64,000 nt of DNA from Camelus ferus (lineage: Eukaryota). Below the pieces are notes generated by a model. It saw only the letters and a list, made by a program, of their open reading frames with translations, was not told where the DNA came from and searched no databases. Shown here piece after piece: positions 25,801 to 36,718 of this stretch. Numbering within the stretch: the stretch's first letter is position 1; every line of letters begins with the position of its first letter. Position numbers and translations under genes: made by a program. The stretch spans positions 11,844,001 to 11,908,000 of the forward strand of contig NC_045698.1 of NCBI RefSeq assembly GCF_009834535.1, read 5' to 3'.

Positions 25801-26969
25801 CTGCTAAATTGTGTCTGGAAGAAGAAATAGATTCTTCCCCCAGAGCCTACGGAGCCCCAGAGATGTCAGCCAAGCCCATCCAGATTTCTGCGAATTTAAC
25901 AAACTGTGAATGAATACATGGGTGTTGTTTTAAGCTACTAAACAAACATTTATCCTATGTCACCCCCTTACCCTATGTTACAGCAAATGTCTCTAAACAA
26001 TGTTTTCAGTTTCTGTTGTTAGTAAGGCTTCAATTGGGTTCACCCAACTGAACTGCTGGTCACAGTGTTTAAAACAGTGTTGTCTCTTCTTACGACACTG
26101 CCCTTGTTTGTCTCTCCCGCAGCAGTGTTGTTTTTCCCTTGTGCTGATACAGCAACCATTAATTAACAGCAGACATCCACTCAGGGTCACTTACGCTCTG
26201 TATCATCTGGTGCACTGTCAGCTGTGTTTGCTCAGGATGCCTGGAATTTTGTTAACCAGGTTCCACCATCCTCTGAGCAATCACTGCCTATATTTAGAGT
26301 TCTGCCATGTTAATCAAAGTGTGATATGTCAGATCAGACTGCCCATGGAATTAGTTTTACTCTCTACATACTTTATTATTTTAATTGTAAAATTGCTTTT
26401 GTTTTGACATTTGGCAGGTTGTAGCTTCAGCAAGTTGGAGGAAAATGGTGGCTCACAAACCACTATTGGATTCTGTAAGTCATTGTTGCTACAACACGTA
26501 GCTTGCTTCCTGGTCGTGGTAAAATATGCACATCAGGGTCTCTTACTAAACTTGGCTCATGATTCATGACCTGGTCTCAACTGAAAAAAAAAAAAAAAAT
26601 GACTTGCCTTTCCAAACAGAGCCTCTGGAGGCTACAAGGCTCAACTATAATTCTTTTATTAAAGAATCTCCAACTTCAAGGAAGTAGGTCACTAGGTGAG
26701 ACCAGAATCAGTTTCCTAAATATATATAGAGAGAGAGAAGGATGCTGGGAACCCGCAAATTAAAATGAGGAAGGATAAAAACAAAGATTTGCAAATGAAA
26801 GAAAGCATTGAACTCAGAATCCCACCACCAAAACAGTTTGAAGGTAGTGAAGGTAGTCTCTGAGTCTGGAAGAAGGTGGAGAGAAAATCTTTAAGAAGTC
26901 AGATAAAAGATGGATTGGGAACCTATGTTCATATTAGAAGGAAATAAGCAGCTTTAAAAGCAGAGAAGT

Positions 26970-27403
26970 CACATTTGCAGCAACATAGATAGACCTGGAG
27001 ATCGTCATTTTAAGTGAAGTAAGCCAGAAAGAGAAAGAAAAATACCATATGATATCACTCATATGTGGAATTTAAAAAAAAAAGAAAGGACACTGAACTC
27101 ATCTACAAAACAGAAACAGACTAGCAGACTTAGTAAACAATCTTATGGTTATCATGGTAAGGATGTGGGAGGGGATAATTTGGGAGTTTGAGATTTACAA
27201 ATGTTAGCCACTATATATAAAAATAGATTTTTTTTAAGTTTCTTTCGTATAGCACAGGGAACTATGTTCAATATCTTGTAGTAACCTTTAATGAAAAAGA
27301 ATATGAAAACGAATATATGTATGTATACGCACGACTGGGACATTTGTGCTGCACACCAGAAACTGACACATTGTAACTGACTGTACTTTGATTTTAAAAA
27401 AAA
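26970..27403 (+). mobile_element. 5'-truncated L1 3' end (camelid-type)
   Basis: 'catttgcagcaacatagatagacctggagatcgtcattttaagtgaagtaagccagaaagagaaagaaaaatacc' followed by an A tail. Similar to the element at 55451. Confidence 0.9.
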
Positions 27404-27464
27404 GAGCAGGCAAATATCTGCCTTCAAAGATCATTTTAAATACAGTATTTAAAAGGTAAGCAGT

Positions 27465-28480
27465 TAAAACAACAAGATGTCACTCACTACACACCTATTA
27501 AAATGGCCAAAACCCAGAACACTGACAACACCAAATGTTGACAAGGATGTGGAGCAACAGAACTGGTGGGAAAGCAAAACGACATGGCCACTTTGGAAGA
27601 CAGTTTGATGGTTTCTTGCAAAACTATACATACTCTTACCATATGATCTAGCATCCATGCACCTGTGTGTTTCCCCAAGAGAGCCGACAGCTTCTGTCCA
27701 CACAAAAACCTGCACACACATGTCTATAGAAGCTTCATTCATAATTGCCCAGACTTGGAAGTGACAAAAATGTCCTTCAGTGGGTGAATGGATAATTAAA
27801 CTGTGGTACATCCAGACAATGGAGTATTATCCAGTGCTAAAAAGAAATGAGCTATCAGGCCAGGAAAAAGGTGTGGAGGAAACGTAAAAACTTAAATATG
27901 ATTAAGTGAAGAAGCCAGTCTGAAAAGGGAGAGATGGAAGAACAGGTGGAGCACAGAGGATTTTTAGGGCAATGAAACTAGTCTGTTTGATACTATAATA
28001 TATCATAATTATACTATAATATATAATAATTATAACATAATTATACTATAATATAATATATCATAATTATACTATAATCATATAATATATTATATTATAA
28101 TTATATCATAATTATACTATAATAATTAATAATTATATATAATATATCATAATTATACTATAATAATTATTATGTGTACTATAATACTATAATGTATTAT
28201 AATATGTAATACATGTCATCATACATTTGTCCAAACCCATAGAATGTACAACAGCAGGGTGAACCTTAATGTAAACTCTGGACTCTGGATGATCATGGTG
28301 TGTCAACGTAGGTTCATCAGTTGTATCAAATGTACCACTTTGGTGGGAGATGTTCATGATGGGGAAGCTATGCATGTGTGATGGGATGGCAGGGGGAGTG
28401 TGGGAAATCTCTGCCCCTTCTTCTCAATTTTGCTGTGAACCTAAAATTATTCTAAAGAAATAAAGTCATTTTTTTTAAAG
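27465..28480 (+). mobile_element. Old L1 (L1MC-like) 3' region containing an AT-rich expansion
   Basis: Collinear with 4350-5220 ('aaaatccagaacactgacaa', 'aaactgtggtacatc', 'aaacccatagaatgtaca'). Confidence 0.85.
27990..28205. repeat. AT-rich degenerate minisatellite, 20-mer TATCATAATTATACTATAAT
   Basis: Perfect copies at 28001, 28059, 28104 and 28145, plus variants. Confidence 0.9.
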
Positions 28481-28721
28481 TGAGCAACATTCTTCTAGGA
28501 ATTTCTCTTAGAAATGTCAAAATATGTGTACAATGATATCTGTTCTGGCTTTGATTACACATAGAAAATTTAGAAAAAATCTAAATGTTGAACAAGAGAG
28601 CATCCTATTATCCCTCACAGTTTATAAGGCATCTCTCAAATATGAAAGTGTCCATCTGCATTTATTGTAATGGAAAAATGCTTGGGACTCATCGCCCAGT
28701 GAGAAATTAGAATAATGAGGA

Positions 28722-29487
28722 TTTTTTTGTTGAAGTATAGATGACTTACAATATTATGTTAGCTTCAGGTATATAGCAAAGTGATTCAGTCATATATATG
28801 TTTTTTCAGTTTTTTTCATTATATATTATTACAAGATGTTGCATATATTTCACTGTACTTTATGGTAAATCCTTGTTGTTTACCTGTTTTATACATAGTA
28901 GTGTGTATCTGTTAATTCCATATGCCTAATTTATCCCTCTGTTCACTTTCTCCTTTGGTAACCATAAATTTGTTTTCTGTGTCTGTGAGACTCTATTTTG
29001 TAAATAAATTCATTTGTATTATTTTTAGATTACACACACAGTTGACATCATATAATATTTGTCTTTCTCTGACTTACTTCACTCAGTGTGATAATTTCTA
29101 GGTCCATACATGTTGCTGCAAAGGCAATATTTCATTTTTTATGGCTGAGTAATGTTCCATTGTGTGTATGTATATATATACACCACATCTTCTCTATCCA
29201 GTCATCTGTTGATGGATGTTTAGCTTGCTTCCATGGCTTGGCTATTATAAATAGTGCTGCTATGAACATTGGGGAGCATGTATCTTTTCTAATTAGAATT
29301 TTCTCTAGATATATGCCCAGGAGAGGGATTACTGGGTTATATATTAAGTCTATTTTTAGTTTTTTAAGGAATTTTCATGCTGTTTTCCATAGCAGTTGCA
29401 CCAATTAACATTCCCACCAACAGTGTAGGAGAGTTCCTTTTTCTTCACACCCTCCCCAGCATTTATTATTTGTAGACTTTTTGATGA
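28722..29487 (-). mobile_element. L1 3' end (ORF2 C-terminus and 3' UTR)
   Basis: Poly-T, 'ttgaagtatagatgacttacaatatt', 'ctaggtccatacatgttgctgcaaa', 'cattcccaccaacagtgtagga'. Confidence 0.9.
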
Positions 29488-30954
29488 TTTTTTTAATGAA
29501 TATCTACAATGCACTAGTTGTCACACTTACCTCATTTTAACCCCTGTAACCAGCCTCTGGGTGTACATGTTATTTTTGTCTAATTTCATATGAGGAAACT
29601 GAGCCTACAGGTGGTTAAGCACCTTGTGTGAGTACTTTCTGACTTAAGTTAGATACTTATGTTAAGTTACTTACTCAAGTTTAGTACTTAGGTTAAGTGC
29701 TTACAGAGCCAGTGAGCAGGAAGGCTGTGGTTTAAACATGGGTTTTTCTGACCCTAAAACTCATACCCTAAACTGTTTAGAAAAGCATACAGAATATGAT
29801 CTCATTTCCTTAAGAAAAAAGAACTCGTAAGTATATAGTCCTAGTAAACAATTTCATCTGTTCCATGGCGCACTCTTTTTTCACGACCTGGCTGCAGCTT
29901 AAAATTGATTGTGTCCTACAGCTGCTGACAGTTTGGAGTAAAGAGGCTGAATTCTTCAGAGAGGATTTGGAATTGATTCTGCCAGCTTTTTAGTTAAATT
30001 AAATTAAATTCTCTTCTTTAGGAGTGTTGGACCACTTGGGAGCTATGACTTTAGATGACACACCTATACAGAGGTAACAACTTGTGCACTTGAAATTCTC
30101 AAGGGAGAATTTTTTCCTTCCTCCACCCAGCACTAAGTTAAGAATAAAAGTGTCTTTCTGTTCCTTTCTGTATGGTGTGTGTGTATCTTTTGGGTCCCAG
30201 ATTTATTTGGGGAGGTTGGGTGACAGGGGTATCTGTTATCTTAATAAACTTGAATCTTGGGTTTCTATCTGTCTTAGTGTTATGTCTCATAATTAATAAC
30301 TTTTTAGATTATATAAAATATGCTACTTAACATATTTTATGAGTAGGCAGAGACACATTTGAGGACAATCAGGCTTTGGTGAGTGGCTGGTTGTTGTATC
30401 TGGAAGATGGGAAAACATAGGAGCCAAAGTTGTCTCATAAATTTCCAGCCTGGGATACGGGAGAGGTACACCCAGAGGAAGATATCAAGAGGTAGATTTA
30501 TTTGTGTGCTTTTATTTTGTTCCATTTATTTAATATATTCTTTTGGTAGATTTGGGGCAATAATAAATTCAACTCGTATTGGTAGATATAAGATGCTTGA
30601 AGGGTATTCAGGGAGCAATGACAAATATCTTCAGTTGGAAATGTAAGTGGGGGTTAGTAGCTATGGTGGTAAATATAGATCTGGAATCATGAGCAGATAG
30701 GTAACAGCAGAAGTTATGACAGAAAATAGTATCACCTGGTGAGCAGAACAGAACAAGGAAAAGAGCAAACGATAGCGGAACCCATTGTCAGTTTAAGGAG
30801 GAGGGGAAGGAAAAGGAGTGATCGGAGAGTGATGTAAAACTCGGATAGTGAAATTTTGGATGGTATGTCAGGGAGATTTTCGGGAGTTATCTAAAGACAT
30901 GTAGAATGAACCCCAGAACAGATCACTGAATTGGAAAATGAAGTCAACTCTGAC

Positions 30955-31370
30955 TGACTGAGTTTGTCCTGGCTGCTCTAACAAACATATCACGGTCTAG
31001 GTGGCTTAAACAGCAAATGTTTATTTCTCATCGTTATGGACGGAAAGCTGGAGTTCCAAGATCAGGGTACCAGCATGGTCAGGTTCTTGGTGAACACTTT
31101 CTTCCAGGTTTGCAGATGCTGTATCCTTACACGGTAGGCACAGGGGGAGGGAGGGAGAGACAGAGAAGGAAAGAGAAAAGAGAGAAAGAGAGAGAGAAAG
31201 AGAGCTAGCCTTCTGTTCTTATAAGGGCACTAACCCCATCACAGGGGCTCCATCCTCATGACCTCACCCAGTCGTAATTGCCTCCTGAGGCCCCACCTCC
31301 TAATACCATCAGATTGGGGGTTGACTTCAATATATGAATTTTGGAGTATGCAAACATTTAGTCCATAGCA
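30955..31370 (-). mobile_element. MaLR solo LTR (MLT1A/B-like) inserted in L2 sequence
   Basis: 'ggtggcttaaacagcaaatgtttatttctca...tcttataagggcactaacccc...catttagtccatagca'. Confidence 0.8.
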
Positions 31371-33259
31371 ATAACCTTGGCAAAAACAGTTTTGAGAGGA
31401 TAAGGTTAGCAGATGCACTGGAACAAGCTGAGGAATAAATGGGGTCATAGAGAGTGGATGGGGAGTGGAGTACTCTTACATGGAGGCTGACCCCAAAAGA
31501 AAGGAAAGAACCATATCTGGTCAGACTGTTGTTCAAGCAGCCATGGGGCCTGGGGGGAGATGGGAAAGATGCAGCAATGAACACATGCGATCCTTACAAG
31601 ATTCCCCTCAAACAGCCTGTACCACCTACACTTTGCAGATGAGGAAACTGAGACTCAGAAAGATTAAATACATTTCTCCAGATCACCCAGCAGGGTAAGT
31701 GAATGAAGCCAGGATTTTAATCTAAGTCTCTGAATCTGATGAGTCCCCATGCCCCATGTGGAAGAGCAAAGGTTAAGTAATAAGCATGAGTTACAAATAC
31801 GAGAGCTGCAGAGACATACAGTTGGGCGCAGATTACATAGATTCTGAACGCTGCTTTCTGGACAGAGGGGAACTCTGTCTTGGAGGCTGCTAAGGAGCAT
31901 CAGTGACTTTAGCTGAATGCTTTTACTGAATCCTGCTATTCAGGTGGCACCTGGCATAAGGAGATACTAGCAGGCACCTTAATAAAACTGAGTCTTACAA
32001 AAAGAATCATTATACACCTGTGCAGCAATCCGCAAGCCTAGGAGTATGAAGCAAGTGCTTCTTTTTCTGGAAGATTCCTGCAATCTCCTCCCCTTGTTTA
32101 GCTCTAGTCTTCTATCACTATTGGGTTATATAGAAGGCCTCCAAGGTTTGCCGGGATGCAGTGCCATTGTTCAGAATTATGGCATTTAACCAAAGACTGA
32201 ACTCAGAAAATTCAGCAGCCAGTCCTGCACTCAGTAAGATGAAGGATAAATACAGGGGCAACTGGCCTCGTAGTTCATTGCCTGACTTTCATACTTCTCC
32301 TCCGTTCTAAGAGTATTTCACTCTGCCCCTGTCCTCCATCTGTCTTTGTATTATTCTATACAACTGAAAGTCTCAAAACAGCTAAAGTGGATTTATGAGG
32401 CTCTAATGGGGGTCCCATTTATAACTGGGGCAAGCTGTGTTTCTTGTTGGCTTACTAGCCAACTCTTTCTCAAAGACACTGTCCAGAAAAATCAGTTTTG
32501 TTGAAGTTGCATTTGGAATGCTGTCTGTCGCAAGTTTACCTCTTGCTCCCAGAAGTGTTCACTATTCTCAGGCCATTAGGTTAGAAGTGTGAATGGTTAT
32601 ATCATACAAAACACAAGAATGGCCCAAAGTTTACAATAAGTGAACAGTTGAATGCAGCTATATTCACATATTTCGCATTTGCTTGTTTGAGGCTGGCTAA
32701 TAGGAAAAGTGACTACCGTTTCCACCTATGGTAAAAATTAAAGCATTCAATCATATAGGAAGATTTATTACACAAGATCAGGGAGCTGAAGATCCCGAGT
32801 TGTAGCTTTTTATATAACTACCAAGTTTACCCAAAGAATTGGAAGTGGAAAATGATTTTCAGAAATAGAAATTCTCCAGCCTTTTTACAAATACACTGTG
32901 TGAGCCTGAACAAGCCCTTTTATTTCTCTGGTTCAAGGTCCCTCTGTCTGCCTTGACTTTGTGGTCCCAGGGGAGAGACGTCTCCTCCTACTCTTGGACC
33001 AGAGCTGCTGTGACTGGCTTCCCCATCCATAGAGAATGGGAAGGATATCCAAGCTCATCAAAGAGAAAACTATGACCACAAGGTGGCAGTCGCACACACA
33101 AGATTTATTTGGGTACCGCTTTGACAAGTTTACTCGTGGGGAGTTCCTCACGGCATGAAACTGTCCAAAGGCTACAGCAGAGGGACCACCACCCAGAAGA
33201 GGAGGAGGGCAAGGGAACACAGGGGACAGTGGATCAGAGAGCGAACTTGCACATCTAAA

Positions 33260-33267
33260 TGACGTCA
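33260..33267. promoter_or_regulatory. Full CRE palindrome TGACGTCA (motif only)
   Basis: Exact 8-mer in non-repeat sequence. Function not shown. Confidence 0.2.
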
Positions 33268-35399
33268 CTCAGCAGCCCAGCAAGGACTCTCTGGGTCAGA
33301 GGGCCCCAAACGACAGCAGCACTAACCTGAGGTCTTTGTAGCCCCAGAGTTCATCTTATGTATGTCTGGAAGACCCCAAGCAGTTTCACGAGGCATGCAA
33401 ACAAGGAAAGCTCTAAATGAAAAAAAAAAAAAAATTGGCTTATTTGGGTTATTTTTAAAACAATTGGACGTGAAAAAAAAAATTGAGTTTGGCACAGACT
33501 TTTGAGCTAACAAGGCTTCACAGTCCTGAAGGAATAAACACTCTAGGGGCTCATCCACAGTGGCCGCCTTTGGTTCATCTGTAAAGCTCCGTCTCTCTTT
33601 CGCACATCCTTTATCTCTGCCAGGAGCTCTGCTCCTGCTCACATCCCCACCTCGTCTCAGCTGCGCCCAGCTCCAGGTGGCAGTCCCAGCATGCTCCACT
33701 CCAGGCCTGTCACTCCTTGGCCCTCCATGCTCTGCAGACTGGAGTCGTGGTGCTCAGACTTCTGCTGCATCTCTGATGGCATGTCCTGCTTGGGCTCTGT
33801 CCTTGTCCTTGTGTTTTCTCTGCTACCTGCATGGTTTCCTGACCCCTGTTTCTCTTTCCCTTCATTTCTTTGTTGTTGTCTTAGCAGTATTTATCTCAGG
33901 CTGCAATCAATTCACTTTTAGATTTTTTTAATTCATGCTCGCCTTTCCTCTACTAGAAAACACAGACCTCCTCTGCTTTGTTCACTCCTGGATCACCAAT
34001 GCCTGGAACAGTGCCCAGCATAGATAAGGTGCAAAGTTGCCTAATGAATGAATGAATCATGTGGCTCATAGCCATGCAATCCAAACCTTCTCTGAGGAAT
34101 AAATGATCCATTTTTTTCAAAGCCACACTTTTAAAGTGGTAATATTCATGCATAAGTTCCAGGAAGTTTGTTTTAAAACACAAATTGAATATTAAAGCCT
34201 CTTTTTCCTGCCTTTAAACATTGCTTCAAGGATCATTTTATAATAATTAGCTTAGGTCTGGCACCTAAGAAATTGCTCATATCAGCGGCTATCCAAGAAC
34301 AGTGATCATATCATGAATATTCATGAATCATATATTGCTTGATGTATGGCTTTAAAGATTGGAAAACATTGCTCACATTTCATTCCTTTAACAAATATTT
34401 ATTAGACATCTATTATGTGTCATGTGCTAGGCTAAGCCCCAAAGATAAACTGGTAAAGCAAAACAGGCAGAATGAAAATCATGGCAGTCTCTACACCAGG
34501 ATTTTTCCAGAAAGTATTCTGAGAAGCATAACACAAAGACACTTCTTTTAAGAAGGCTGAAGCCTTCCACAGCCAGAAAGGGTTAGGCTTCTTCACAAAG
34601 AGTCATCACTCACGTGAAAATGGAAGAGGTTTTGAGAAGTCCTGCCATTTAAACACAGTTTTAATCCAGAATTTTCCAAACTTAGATTTGGCTACAGAAG
34701 TCCTAGTAACATACCTCAGAACTACTCTTTGACAAAGTATTCTTTGGAACGTGTTCTTCTAGCTAGATCTATCGTAAACAGGTACCAGAGGCCAGAGGAA
34801 ATGGCCACGTGGGTAACCTGAGTTCCTCTGGCTGCCGTCCAGGGAACAGCAGTGAGAACGCTGAGTGAGGCCCTTACAGGTCAGGAGAACAGCCTTTTGT
34901 AGCATTCATGTGAGTCCATCTTTGCATTTGGGCTTTTCAGTATAATTGGCAATTCACTTATAACATTTAATCACCTCTACTCCCTTACCAAAAACAGCAC
35001 TCATCCATTTGTTAATTCCAATAAAAGATTTGTGTTGCAATCGTTTCATTATTGTAGCATACAGCAGTGGGCAAAATATAGGGTTTACCAGATCTTACTT
35101 GAGGCTCCAATAGGTTGGGAAAGCCATTTCAGCCATATTTATAATAGCTAATGTTCATCGAGTTCTTACTATGCACTAACCACTTTACCTAAGTTATTCC
35201 TTTTAATTTTAAAAACATCCCTATGAAGTATCTCTTAATATTACTTTCAACCTACTTAGAATAAACAAACAGCAAGTAAGTGTGCATGTGTGAATGTGGG
35301 TGGGCAGGGGTGGGGAGGGTGATCTCAATCAAATCTGGGCAATTTGACCCAGAGCCTCCTTAATCAGAGCACTAATCACATAATGACCCCCCTAGACTT

Positions 35400-35960
35400 G
35401 TGCTGTGCCTCGCAGTAGCCACAAAGCCCAGGGAGCAAAGGAGGACTTGTACACATTGAGATGAGCCTAAGAGAACATCAATATTTGAAGATGAGAGATC
35501 AGAAGAATTGGAAAAGGAGCCTGAGGAGGAACCAGGGGTGACCTGGGGTGTCCTGGAAGTCAAGTGAAGGAAGTGTTTCAAGGGGAGAGAGAAGTCAGCT
35601 TGTGAAATGCTGACGGTCAAGTTAGGTAACTACTGGAAAAGGACCACTGGACTGGGCAGTGTGGATGTCAGTAATGACCTTGGTAGGAGTAGTTCTGGTG
35701 CCTTTAGAGGGATGAAAACATGGCCGAAATCCATTCAACTGGAGTGCGGGAATTAGAGCTGAAGCGCACAGACAGCACTCCTGAGAAATTTTGCTGTAAG
35801 AGAAGGAGAGAAATAGGGCAATAGCTGGAAGGTGAAATGGGTTCAAGAGAAGGTTTTTTATTTTTTCTAGGAATGGAGAAATAGCACGTTTGTATGCTGA
35901 TGGTTACGATACAGTAGGTTAGGGGAAATTGCTGTTGTATAAGAAAGGGTTTAAAATTGC
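35400..35960 (-). mobile_element. L2 LINE fragment
   Basis: 'ggaagtcaagtgaaggaagtgtttcaaggggagag...tgaaatgctgacggtcaagttagg...gaaattttgctgtaaga' from the antisense L2 body. Confidence 0.8.
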
Positions 35961-36184
35961 TGGAGCACCTGGCAACAAAAAAAAAATTATTCTAAACCAG
36001 GAAGTAATTGAATTCCACTGGCCAACAACTCTGACAGTTATTTTTAAAAGAAGACACTCTCAGGAGGTAAAAAGGAGACCACGCACATTTTATATAGAAA
36101 GAGCCACCATGTCTCTCTTCAAGGTATTTCCACATTTTCTGTCTACCTCCAGCCTTCTCCCTTTAGAAGGCTAGTTCTCATTTC

Positions 36185-36430
36185 TTACTTTATTCTAGTC
36201 TCTGTTCGGGTATCATGTCCCCAGAGATGTCTCTCCCTGACAACGCCGTCTAAAACGGCACTCTTACCCAACGTCTGTCTCACCTACTGAACTACTCTCT
36301 TATTTTTCTTTATCTTTACCTGGACTGTGCCTGTTTTGGTTACCAGTGAACACACAGTGCCTGGAACACGGGAGCTGGCACAAAGCAGGCACTAAATAAA
36401 CACTGACTGAATGAATGAGCAGATGAGTAT
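36185..36430 (+). mobile_element. L2 3' end
   Basis: 'cagtgcctggaacacgggagctggcacaaagcaggcactaaataaacactgactgaatgaatga'. Confidence 0.7.
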
Positions 36431-36702
36431 ATGAATGGACAAATGAAGGCAAGAAACGCTATCCCCAGGAGGGAAAACTTACCTATGTTTTAGGTTCGTA
36501 ATAGGAAAGCAGTGATTTAAAATACCCCCCCTCCCCACAAGTTTAAATCATTAAAAGATAGTCGTATCACAGGAGGGAATGCACTAAACCTTTCTGCTAA
36601 GAGGATTCCACTTAGCTAAGAAAAACCAGAAAAGAAACGTCAGTCTAGAGAATATTTTACGTGAAAATTAAGCGCTCGCAGAGTCTCATAAGGGATGAGT
36701 TT

Positions 36703-36718
36703 CACCAAGCAGGTGGCA
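36703..36718 (+). promoter_or_regulatory. CTCF-like motif
   Basis: caagcaggtggca matches CCAGCAGGTGGCA at 12 of 13 positions. Motif only. Confidence 0.3.

Noticed and set aside
34311..34326. Perfect 16-bp palindrome TCATGAATATTCATGA
   Set aside because: About one palindrome of this length is expected by chance in 64 kb, and more in AT-rich DNA.
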